Positions 1 through 7,998 of a stretch of DNA of 64,000 bases are shown here, in pieces. Origin of the DNA: Chloroflexota bacterium (lineage in GTDB: Bacteria; Chloroflexota; Anaerolineae; Aggregatilineales; Ch27); assembly GCA_019873685.1 (NCBI GenBank), contig JAIOAT010000003.1, forward strand, positions 1,207 to 65,206, read 5' to 3'. How positions within the stretch are numbered: position 1 is the stretch's first letter; every line of letters starts with the position of its first letter. Under the pieces are notes generated by a model. The model saw only the letters and a program-made list of their open reading frames with translations. It ran no database searches and had not been told where the DNA came from. The position numbers and the translations under genes are program-made.

Positions 1-15
1 TGGCGGCGAATTCTA

Positions 16-721
16 GACGTACGTCCTTCAATTGCCCTTCGGGGCACTGAAACTGAAGCCAGTAATCACTTTCGAGCCACTGGCTGATACAGACGTACGT
101 CCTTCAATTGCCCTTCGGGGCACTGAAACTTGTCTTATCCTCCTTCGCTTGCCTTGACACCACTATGAGACGTACGTCCTTCAATTGCCCTTCGGGGCAC
201 TGAAACTGTGGTGACGCTGGGAACATATCGTATGACATTGTCTGACGTACGTCCTTCAATTGCCCTTCGGGGCACTGAAACTCCGCCTAAAAACATGATT
301 TGCCCGCGGGATAACCCGACGTACGTCCTTCAATTGCCCTTCGGGGCACTGAAACTTTGCCACCGCCCGGCGATACTTGGCGATTCTGTCCAGACGTACG
401 TCCTTCAATTGCCCTTCGGGGCACTGAAACCGAACCAGTTGCCACCCTTCGGCGTGCTGATAAACAGACGTACGTCCTTCAATTGCCCTTCGGGGCACTG
501 AAACTCTACAATCCAGACCTAGGCACGGTCTGGCAGTGTAGACGTACGTCCTTCAATTGCCCTTCGGGGCACTGAAACAATCATGACTCCCGGCGTGATC
601 AAACTGGATGGCGACGTACGTCCTTCAATTGCCCTTCGGGGCACTGAAACAGAGGAGAGACCCCCCATGTTCACTTTGACGGGGTGGACGTACGTCCTTC
701 AATTGCCCTTCGGGGCACTGA
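16..721 (+). CRISPR. CRISPR array, 10 repeats / 9 complete spacers, probably extends beyond the left window edge
   Basis: 38-nt repeat GACGTACGTCCTTCAATTGCCCTTCGGGGCACTGAAAC starting at 16, 92, 169, 244, 318, 393, 467, 541, 613 and 687 (last one degenerate at its 3' end, ...CACTGAGGG). Unique spacers of 34-39 nt. Hairpin TGCCC-TTCG-GGGCA and a 3' ACTGAAAC end fit Cas6 processing on the + strand. Confidence 0.98.
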
Positions 722-725
722 GGGT

Positions 726-779
<54 letters not shown>

Positions 780-844
780 TACGGCCATCCCGCCAGCGAG
801 AGCAATCGGCGCCAATGGCCGGGCCTCTACAGGAGGATTTGCCC

Positions 845-1066
845 ATGATTAGCGAGAATCACCTTGAGCTTCTTGGCATCCTGTTCATCGGGATCATTGT
901 TCCCTCAGTGGCCTTTGTGGCAGCACTCGTTATCCTGTTCCCGCACATCATTCTGGGGCGGCCATCGGCGGCGCTTACCCCATCCCGCTCTTCGTCCACG
1001 ACGTTTGACGCACGGTATGGGACACCTGCCGGGAAAGGCATTCCGAACCCCGACCGGCGCTTGTGA
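845..1066 (+). CDS. Small hypothetical membrane protein (73 aa, one TM segment)
   Basis: AGGAGG at 831-836 before ATG 845; hydrophobic stretch LLGILFIGIIVPSVAFVAALVILF. Confidence 0.55.
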   Translation: MISENHLELLGILFIGIIVPSVAFVAALVILFPHIILGRPSAALTPSRSSSTTFDARYGTPAGKGIPNPDRRL

Positions 1067-1252
1067 CAGCCTGAGCCTCCCTGAATGATGATCATGGCTG
1101 CCTCTACCGTTTCCTGGCGTTCACCCCCGATTGGTGAAGCCCTCGGTCATCGCGGCAATGGACCTGCCCTGCAGGGCACTGAGCGGTGACCGGCGCGCGG
1201 CATGACTGGCTGCCAGCCGGTCAGAAGTGCACGATCGACAGAGGGAGATAGC

Positions 1253-1561
1253 ATGGACTACTATTCCACTGATTATTCGGCTTACGTTATCTGTGCGTCT
1301 GGCATCTGGCTGTTGCTCGGGCTGTTTGCCGGGTACCTCAACGCGAACAGGGGCAACTCGTTTACGGTGGGCTGCCTGCTTGGCGCCCTGCTCGGCCCCA
1401 TCGGCCTGATCATCGTCCTGCTTCTGGATAGAAACGATTCAGAACTGGAACGCCGCAGCGTGGCCTCTGGCCAGACACGGTACTGCCCGTACTGTGCGGA
1501 ACTGGTGAGGCAGGACGCAAAGGTCTGCAAGCACTGCGGCAGGGACATTTCCCACGCGTAA
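1253..1561 (+). CDS. Two-TM membrane protein with C-terminal zinc ribbon
   Basis: GAGGGAG RBS before ATG 1253; two hydrophobic helices, then CPYCAE...CKHCGR. Confidence 0.8.
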   Translation: MDYYSTDYSAYVICASGIWLLLGLFAGYLNANRGNSFTVGCLLGALLGPIGLIIVLLLDRNDSELERRSVASGQTRYCPYCAELVRQDAKVCKHCGRDISHA

Positions 1562-1593
1562 ACATCGTCGGTAGCGTCAAATAGCCACTGGCC

Positions 1594-1633
1594 CTGCGGG
1601 GAGGGGGTAGCCAGCGCTCCCCCCTCCCCGTAG
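1594..1633. terminator. Strong GC hairpin (terminator or REP-like)
   Basis: CTGCGGGGAGGGGG ... CCCCCTCCCCGTAG inverted repeat between two small ORFs; no U-tract. Confidence 0.45.
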
Positions 1634-1679
1634 CATCCTGGCGATAATGGAGCGGGATTGCGTAAGGAGGATGCAGACA

Positions 1680-1883
1680 ATGGAGCCTGGGCGCATCTGC
1701 ATGGGGGCGGTTTTCCTGGGTAGCGCCATCTTCAGCATCTGGGTGGGCAACAAAATCTGGCCGATCTGGAAGCGTTTCATCTGGGGCGACGATTGGAGCG
1801 ACCCGCGCCGGGATGGGGATGTCCTGGGGCATCTGCTGATGCTGGACATCCTCGACCACATGAACCATGACGATCGTGATTAG
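1680..1883 (+). CDS. Small hypothetical membrane protein (about 67 aa)
   Basis: TAAGGAGG at 1663-1670 with ATG at 1680; hydrophobic N-terminus, Trp-rich middle, Asp/His-rich tail. Confidence 0.55.
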   Translation: MEPGRICMGAVFLGSAIFSIWVGNKIWPIWKRFIWGDDWSDPRRDGDVLGHLLMLDILDHMNHDDRD

Positions 1884-1887
1884 CCAA

Positions 1888-1932
1888 ATAAGTACAAATA
1901 CTCATGCACTTGCCAGCAGCCCGTGCTATGCT
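1888..1932 (+). promoter_or_regulatory. Inverted-heptamer operator plus extended -10 upstream of the CARF-LuxR gene
   Basis: ATAAGTA-caaa-TACTCAT (1888-1905) imperfect palindrome; TGcTATGCT at 1924-1932. Confidence 0.5.
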
Positions 1933-1967
1933 GGAAATGCTTCGCCGATCAGGAGGTAAAGCTACTC

Positions 1968-2783
1968 ATGCCCGATCTGTTTGTCGCCACGCTCGGCCAG
2001 CGCCCGGAAGCGATCACCGTCGCGCTGGATCTGCTCAAGGACCGCTACCACTTCGCCGGGGCGGTCATCCTGCACACCGAGCCGCATCTTTCCGGCATCG
2101 CCGAAGCGCGGGAACGGCTGGCGGCTGTCTTCACCAGCGACTATCCCGGCCTGACTGTGCAGTGGCACGAGATCCACGGCGCGGATGGCGGGCCGCTGCT
2201 GGACATCACCAGCCAGGACACGGCCAACGCCTACTTTCAGGATGTGTTGACCACCCTGCGCTACTATCGGAACGAGGGGTATACCATCCACCTGCTGGTC
2301 GCTGGCGGGCGCAAGGCGATGAGCGTCTATGCGACGCTGGCGGCGGCGCTGGTCTTTGGCCCCCGCGATCGGGTGTGGACGGTGCTCTCGCCGGAGGAGA
2401 TGTTGCGTTCTGGCGGGTTCCACATCCCGCCGGGGCTGCGCGATCAGGTGACGCTGGTTGACCTGCCGGTGCTGCCGCCGCGCCTGAATGCGGCGGAGGT
2501 CGCCGCGCTGGACAGGCCGTTCGAGGTCATCGAGCGCCGCCGCGATCCGCGCCGGGTGCTGCTCAGCCGCCTGACTCCCACCGAGAGGGAATTGGTCGAG
2601 CTGTTTGAGCAACATCCGCACGCCAGTGACGCGCGGCTGGCCCAGATGCTTGGCAAAGAGCGGCGCACGGTCGAAAATCAGATGCGTTCCATCTACCAGA
2701 AGATGTCCGATCTCTACGAGGGAACGGAGAAAGCAACCCGCAAGCGCCAGGTCCTGCTGGACATCCTGGCCGGGCGGGTGTGA
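1968..2783 (+). CDS. CARF-domain protein (Cas_NE0113/Csx14-like) fused to a C-terminal LuxR-type HTH
   Basis: AGGAGG RBS; N-terminal LFVATLGQRPEAIT and IHLLVAGGRKAMS CARF motifs; C-terminal LTPTERELVELF...LAQMLGKERRTVENQMRSIYQKM HTH pattern; next to a CRISPR array. Confidence 0.85.
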   Translation: MPDLFVATLGQRPEAITVALDLLKDRYHFAGAVILHTEPHLSGIAEARERLAAVFTSDYPGLTVQWHEIHGADGGPLLDITSQDTANAYFQDVLTTLRYYRNEGYTIHLLVAGGRKAMSVYATLAAALVFGPRDRVWTVLSPEEMLRSGGFHIPPGLRDQVTLVDLPVLPPRLNAAEVAALDRPFEVIERRRDPRRVLLSRLTPTERELVELFEQHPHASDARLAQMLGKERRTVENQMRSIYQKMSDLYEGTEKATRKRQVLLDILAGRV

Positions 2784-2826
2784 GAGGGCTTTGCAGTTGG
2801 GTTCTGAATGCTGGAAGGAGGTTCTT

Positions 2827-3987
2827 ATGACAACAGTTCTGCTTTCCACTCTTGGCAGAGGCAATTACTCTGAAACGACTTATCGGTTTCCAGATGGCCG
2901 GCAATACAAGACCAGTTACTGCACACATGCTATTGCTGAGACATTCCAGCCTGACGAGACGATCGTGTTCCTGACCGCAGGAGCTACAGCCGAACACTGG
3001 GAAACACTCCAACTCTATTTTGGAGACAAGAAGCTGGAGAGGCAGGATATCCCGGATGGAGCAACTGAAGAGGAACTGTGGCGCATTTTCCGCGTGATCA
3101 CCGACCGGGTCGTCGCCATGCCCGGTGATATCGAGCTATACCTCGATATCACCCATGCGTTCCGCTCACTCCCGCTTTTGCTCGTGATTGCGTCGGCTTA
3201 TTTGCGCCAGGCTCGAAATGTCACGATCAAGGATATTTTCTACGGGGCATACGACGCCAGAGTTGACAATGTTACGCCGGTGTTCAGCCTGCTTACTTTC
3301 GTGACACTCTTTGACTGGATGAACGGTGTCGACGCATTCTCACACACCGGGGATAGCGCCATTCTTGCGCAGTTGCTCCGCCGGACGCGACTTCCCAAAT
3401 CGGCCAATGGGCAGGGCCAGTCCAATGACCTCGGTGAGATCGCTGATACCCTCGAAAGGCTGACGCTGGATCTGGAGCTTCTACGGGTTGATGCCATTCT
3501 CACCGGAGCAGCAAGACTGCAGCGTCAGCTAAACACCATTGAGAACGCGCTTCCGGCGTATGCTCATCCGTTTGCCATTCTGCTGCAGAAAGTCAGATCG
3601 ACCTATGGCCGTTTTGCCCTTGCTTCACCGCGCCGGAATCTGGCTGAAACGCTTGACCGCCAGCTCAAACTGATCTCCTGGTTCATTCAGCATGGGCGGC
3701 TCGTTGCTGCTACGCTCCTTGCCCGTGAGTGGTTCATTTCCTGGCAGATGTTCAAGAGTAACAGCAAGGTCGAAGAGATCTATGACAGAGACCAGAGGGA
3801 GCACTTCTCAAAGGAAGAAATCGAAGCGGGCCTATCCCAGAATGAGAGTGCTGTCTGGCGTAACCTGCGCAGCATCCGCAACGATGTGGGCCACGTTAGC
3901 TACAACCGACAAACACGGTCTGCAGCAGAAATCCAGAAGAGCGTGAACAACATCCAGGCGAAACTCGAAGCGCTGTTTCGGAAATAA
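2827..3987 (+). CDS. csx1: CRISPR-associated CARF-HEPN ribonuclease, Csx1 / TM1812 (DxTHG) family
   Basis: AAGGAGG RBS; N-terminal VLLSTLGRGNY, DITHAFRSLP motif, C-terminal HEPN RxxxxH (RNDVGH). Confidence 0.88.
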   Translation: MTTVLLSTLGRGNYSETTYRFPDGRQYKTSYCTHAIAETFQPDETIVFLTAGATAEHWETLQLYFGDKKLERQDIPDGATEEELWRIFRVITDRVVAMPGDIELYLDITHAFRSLPLLLVIASAYLRQARNVTIKDIFYGAYDARVDNVTPVFSLLTFVTLFDWMNGVDAFSHTGDSAILAQLLRRTRLPKSANGQGQSNDLGEIADTLERLTLDLELLRVDAILTGAARLQRQLNTIENALPAYAHPFAILLQKVRSTYGRFALASPRRNLAETLDRQLKLISWFIQHGRLVAATLLAREWFISWQMFKSNSKVEEIYDRDQREHFSKEEIEAGLSQNESAVWRNLRSIRNDVGHVSYNRQTRSAAEIQKSVNNIQAKLEALFRK

Positions 3988-4135
3988 CCTATGAACCTCC
4001 TCAACCTCTCGCACCCGCTTACGTCGCGCCAACTCGAGCAAATCCAGGCCGGAAGAGCGTGAACAACATCCAGGCGAAACTCGAAGCGCTGTTTCGGAAA
4101 TAACCTATGAACCTCCTCAACCTCTCGCACCCGCT
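3936..4135 (+). repeat. Direct tandem duplication: 84 nt identical, period 116 nt
   Basis: 3936-4019 equals 4052-4135; covers the csx1 3' end and the csx15 start. Confidence 0.95.
3991..4062 (+). pseudogene. Truncated duplicate of the csx15 5' end
   Basis: Encodes MNLLNLSHPLTSRQLEQIQAGRA*, versus MNLLNLSHPLTGRQLEQLQA... in the intact copy. Confidence 0.75.
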
Positions 4136-4487
4136 CACCGGGCGGCAGCTCGAGCAACTCCAGGCGCTGGTCGGGCAACCGGCCAGCGCCGTCATCGAGG
4201 CGCGCGTCCAGTTTAATCTTGAGCAGTCCTTCGTTGATCAGGTGATCAAACTGCTGGATGACCTCAACATCCCGCCGGAGCGCTGGCAGGGCGAACCCTG
4301 GCTGGTGCTGCTGCCTTCGCTCAATTACATTGCGGCGATCCTGCTGGCAGAACTACACGGGCGTATGGGCCACTTCCCGACCATTGTGCGCCTGCGCCCC
4401 GTGCCGAACGCACTGGTGACCGAGTACGAGGTCGCCGAGATCGTCAACCTGGAACAGGTGCGCCAGGCAGCGCGCGCCCGCCGCTGA
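4107..4487 (+). CDS. csx15: CRISPR-associated Csx15 (cA4-binding / ring nuclease family)
   Basis: 126 aa; LNLSHPLT N-terminus, LAELHGRMGHFP motif, C-terminal VAEIVNLEQVRQAARARR; follows csx1. Confidence 0.85.
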   Translation: MNLLNLSHPLTGRQLEQLQALVGQPASAVIEARVQFNLEQSFVDQVIKLLDDLNIPPERWQGEPWLVLLPSLNYIAAILLAELHGRMGHFPTIVRLRPVPNALVTEYEVAEIVNLEQVRQAARARR

Positions 4488-4504
4488 TGATCAGCCATCC
4501 ACGC

Positions 4505-4540
4505 ACAGGCGCCCGCAGCGCGATCGCTCCGGGCGCCTGT
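4505..4540. terminator. Hairpin between convergent genes
   Basis: ACAGGCGCCCG / CGGGCGCCTGT stem after csx15. Confidence 0.6.
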
Positions 4541-4642
4541 TGGTTGCGCGGCGCTTCCTGCAGCCGAATTTCCCTGGCGGCAAACCGGTTCAGTCTCTAC
4601 CGTTAACGCAGCACATCCCGCCGGATGGTCCGTGGTTCAGGG

Positions 4643-5509
4643 CTACATCCCGGCCATGCCGGTGAAGGTGATTCCTTTGAGAATCTGGCGCTGGAAGAAG
4701 GCGTAGAAGATGAGTACTGGCACGCTGGCGATCACTGCCCCGGCCTGCACCAGCGACTGCTCGCGGGTGTAATATGCGCTGGAAAGCACGGTCAGCCCGA
4801 CCGGCAGCGTACGCATCTCCAGCCGGTTCAGCACAATCAGCGGCCAGAACAGATCATTCCAGCTCCCCAGGAAGACGAAGATCGCCAGGGCGGTCAGAGC
4901 CGAGGAAGACATCGGCAGGATGATGCGCCAGTAGATGCCAAAGCGGGTAGCGCCATCAAGAATGGCGGCTTCTTCCAGTTCGCGCGGGATGCCCAGGAAG
5001 AACTGGCGCAACATGAATACCGCGAAAACGTTGGCCATCGCCGGCCAGATCAGGGCGTGGTAGGTATCCAGCCACTTGAAATCGCGCATCAGCAAGAAGA
5101 TCGGGATCAGCGTCACCTGGGCCGGGATCACCAGCGCAGAGAGCATGATGAAGAAGATGATATCCCGCCCCGGGAAACGCAGCCGGGCGAAAGAATAGGC
5201 AGCCAGGCTGGTAATGAACAGAGTGAGGATCGTGGTGATCGTACTGACAAAGAGGCTGTTTACGAACCAGTGCCCGATGGCCAGATCCTGCCGGGTGAAG
5301 AGAGTCTGGTAGTTTTCCAGCGTTGGATGCTGGGGGATAAACTGTGGGGGCCAGTCCCAGACCTCGCTATTGGGCGTAAGCGACTGCGAGATCATCCACA
5401 TGATCGGGAAGAACACCACGAAAGCGATGAACAGCAACACAATCTGAACCAGCGTCTTCTTCAGCAGCTGGATCCTTCTGTAGCCGACATCACTGTATGC
5501 AGCAGCCAT
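4643..5509 (-). CDS. Carbohydrate ABC transporter permease (MalG-like)
   Basis: EAA loop [11 protein letters not shown]; multiple TM helices. Confidence 0.93.
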   Translation of the reverse strand: MAAAYSDVGYRRIQLLKKTLVQIVLLFIAFVVFFPIMWMISQSLTPNSEVWDWPPQFIPQHPTLENYQTLFTRQDLAIGHWFVNSLFVSTITTILTLFITSLAAYSFARLRFPGRDIIFFIMLSALVIPAQVTLIPIFLLMRDFKWLDTYHALIWPAMANVFAVFMLRQFFLGIPRELEEAAILDGATRFGIYWRIILPMSSSALTALAIFVFLGSWNDLFWPLIVLNRLEMRTLPVGLTVLSSAYYTREQSLVQAGAVIASVPVLIFYAFFQRQILKGITFTGMAGM

Positions 5510-5522
5510 GGCCGTCCTCCAG

Positions 5523-6452
5523 CTATTCTTCTTCCCGCCGACCGAAGAAGCGGAACTGAATCAGGGTCAGGACAATCATGACAATCCCCAGGGCTACCGC
5601 CATCGCAGCGCCATAGCCCATACGGTAAAAACGCCAGGCCGTGTAGTACAGGTGCATGATCACGGTGTAGGAGCTGCGTCCCGGACCGCCGCCAGTGATG
5701 ATGAAGGACTGGCCAAACACCTGCAAGTGGGCGATGAACTGGGTCACCGTCACAAACAGAATCGTCGGGCGGAGCAGCGGCAACGTCACAAAACGAAAAC
5801 GCTGCCAGGCGTTAGCGCCATCGATTTTGGCTGCTTCGTAGAGATGCTCCGGGATGGCCTGCAGCCCGGCCATAAACACCAGCATGGGGAAACCAAAGCC
5901 CCACCAGATGGTCACCAGACTCAGCGATGGAATCACGATGTTCGGATCCGCTGTCCAGGGCACCGGCGCGATTCCGAATTTAGACAAGAAATAGTTCAGT
6001 ACCCCAAATTCTTTATTCAAAATCCAGCTCCAGATCACGCAGACACTGGAGACCGAGAGCAACACCGGAGCGTAGAACACCACCCGGTAAAGCGTCTGGA
6101 ACCGGATCGGCTGGATCACCACCAGCGCTGCTGCCAGGGAGATGAGGGTATTACCGATAACCGTCAGGACGGCAAACAGACTTGTATTCCTGAGCGAGAG
6201 CCACCACAGGTCATCGTTCATTAGCTCCCGGAAGTTATTGAGGCCGATGTAGGGGTGTTCCGGCATCAGGACTTCCCATTGCCGGAAGCTCATCAGGATC
6301 GCCTGGATGGCCGGCCAGACACGAAAAATCACAAAAAAAGCCACGAACGGCAGAATGAACAGGAAACCCGTGACGGCTTCTTGCCTGCGCAATGTGAACT
6401 GAAACTGCCCGATCCTACCCTGTAGCGTTGGTCCTGTGGCCACCTTCTGCAT
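5523..6452 (-). CDS. Carbohydrate ABC transporter permease (MalF-like)
   Basis: [10 protein letters not shown] motif; MGYGAAMA. Confidence 0.93.
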   Translation of the reverse strand: MQKVATGPTLQGRIGQFQFTLRRQEAVTGFLFILPFVAFFVIFRVWPAIQAILMSFRQWEVLMPEHPYIGLNNFRELMNDDLWWLSLRNTSLFAVLTVIGNTLISLAAALVVIQPIRFQTLYRVVFYAPVLLSVSSVCVIWSWILNKEFGVLNYFLSKFGIAPVPWTADPNIVIPSLSLVTIWWGFGFPMLVFMAGLQAIPEHLYEAAKIDGANAWQRFRFVTLPLLRPTILFVTVTQFIAHLQVFGQSFIITGGGPGRSSYTVIMHLYYTAWRFYRMGYGAAMAVALGIVMIVLTLIQFRFFGRREEE

Positions 6453-6524
6453 GATAGAATCCTCCTCGCCTGTTCATGCCGCCAGCGTAATTCGATTGTA
6501 GCTTGCGCAGGGCTTCGGGCAAGA

Positions 6525-6555
6525 GTGGAGGAGCCTGCCAGGCAAGCTCCTCCAC
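6525..6555 (-). terminator. Hairpin 3' of SBP gene
   Basis: GTGGAGGAGC / GCTCCTCCAC stem in the SBP-permease intergenic region. Confidence 0.6.
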
Positions 6556-6574
6556 AGGGTCCACACCTGATTGA

Positions 6575-7927
6575 CTAGCCGCCGCGATCCAGAATGGCCT
6601 GGATACGGTCATTGGCGTCGTTGAGCGCCTGGTCAATCGTCTTCAGATTGTTCAGCGCAGCATCGATCTCCGGCTCGAAGGCCGCCACCAGTTCGGTGCT
6701 ATAGGGGCTGGCCAGCTCAGGAACGCCATATTCCTCGAACGCGCGGCCAATGGCGATGTTGGAGGGGAAGACTTCCGGATCAAGCTCTGCGCGCTGGGAC
6801 AGACGGCCGGGCACCTGGCCGGAGGTCGCCCAGTAGAGGCCCTGCTCCGACAGGTAGATCGCCAGCTTGCGTGCCCACTCCAACTTCTCACCGCTCAGGC
6901 TGGCTGGCCAGTACAGCACGTGCGAGCTGACCCAGGTCGCCGGCCGGACATCACCCCACTGCGGCAGGCCATGGGCCGTCCAGTTGAGGTCCGGGTTGTC
7001 CAGGGTTACGAAGTTGCGGAACCACGTCCCCTCAGGGATCATGGCCAGCTTATTAGCAGCGAAAGTCTGCCAGGAGTCGAAGCCAGCAGGCGGCGGCGCC
7101 ACATGGTGGACATAGATCAAGTCATACAGGAACTGCAATGCCTTGTGGCCCGCTTCGCTGTTGATGGTGGCTGTCTTGCCATCTTCGCTGACAATGTCGC
7201 CGCCAAACTGCCAGAGCGTCGAGAGGAATGTTGGCTTGAGCCAGCTAATGCAGGCGCCCCACTGCACGACATTCTCGGGGTCAAAGCCTTCCTCGTTGGG
7301 GTGCTTGCCGTTGGCATCAAGCGTCAGCAAAGTGGCGTACCGGATATATTCCTCGGCATTGGCCGGGCGTACAGAGGGATCCAGGCCAGCAGCCTCAAAC
7401 AGGTCATTGTTGACCCATAGGCCCCAGCCATGGTTGTCAATCACGACACCATAGCGCACGCCGTTATACACCGTGGCGCTGAAGATTGGCTCGGCGAAAT
7501 CAGCCGCTGGCAGCGGGCCACCAGCATAATCGAACATGTCATCCGTTGCGCCCAGCACACCCAGACGGGCAAACTGCGGAATCTCCTGATGGTGCAGCAG
7601 GAACAACTCCGGCGGATCGCCGGCCACCAGGGAGGTCAACAGTTTGTCAAAGTAAGTGGCCCAGGCCATGCTTTCCACGCGGATGGAGACTTCCGGATTC
7701 TCCTCCGCGAACTTGGCGACCATTTCGTTCATCGTGACGCCGTCGCTACCGGTCAGACCGTTCCAGTAACGGAGCTGGATGGCGCCAGTACCAGCTTCAG
7801 CAACGATAGGAGTCGCGGTAGGATTTTCCTGAGCCAGAACAGGGGTCGACATGAACATCATCATGGCGACCATCAGTAGCAGCACGCTTACCGCCGCAAA
7901 CGCCAGGGGAACAAAACTTCTCCGCAT
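6575..7927 (-). CDS. Sugar ABC transporter solute-binding protein (family 1)
   Basis: Signal peptide ending PVLA-Q; WNGLTGSDG, LWVNNDLFEAAGL; upstream of two permeases. Confidence 0.92.
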   Translation of the reverse strand: MRRSFVPLAFAAVSVLLLMVAMMMFMSTPVLAQENPTATPIVAEAGTGAIQLRYWNGLTGSDGVTMNEMVAKFAEENPEVSIRVESMAWATYFDKLLTSLVAGDPPELFLLHHQEIPQFARLGVLGATDDMFDYAGGPLPAADFAEPIFSATVYNGVRYGVVIDNHGWGLWVNNDLFEAAGLDPSVRPANAEEYIRYATLLTLDANGKHPNEEGFDPENVVQWGACISWLKPTFLSTLWQFGGDIVSEDGKTATINSEAGHKALQFLYDLIYVHHVAPPPAGFDSWQTFAANKLAMIPEGTWFRNFVTLDNPDLNWTAHGLPQWGDVRPATWVSSHVLYWPASLSGEKLEWARKLAIYLSEQGLYWATSGQVPGRLSQRAELDPEVFPSNIAIGRAFEEYGVPELASPYSTELVAAFEPEIDAALNNLKTIDQALNDANDRIQAILDRGG

Positions 7928-7998
7928 CTCTTCTACCTCCAGCTTTCTATGGGATCACTGACCTGAGCAAAGACAATCATCTCGCTGAGCCGCCAGTT

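Noticed and set aside
54-540. Internal hairpins in spacer 1 (AGCCAGT/ACTGGCT) and spacer 7 (CCAGACC/GGTCTGG) suggesting RNA-virus or IS-end origin
   Set aside because: Two 7-bp stems among nine spacers is too weak to support an origin claim.
356-612. Possible self-targeting: spacer 5 vs about 48563 (TTTGCCACCGCC), spacer 8 vs about 4242 and 11054 (GTGATCAAA..)
   Set aside because: Only about 12-14 nt matches, compatible with chance in 64 kb; no full protospacer seen by eye.
2605-2826. Long N-terminal extensions in the ORF track (csx1 from 2605; also 32556, 23289, 24472, 18101)
   Set aside because: They overlap upstream genes or intergenic DNA; downstream starts have RBSs and match family N-termini.
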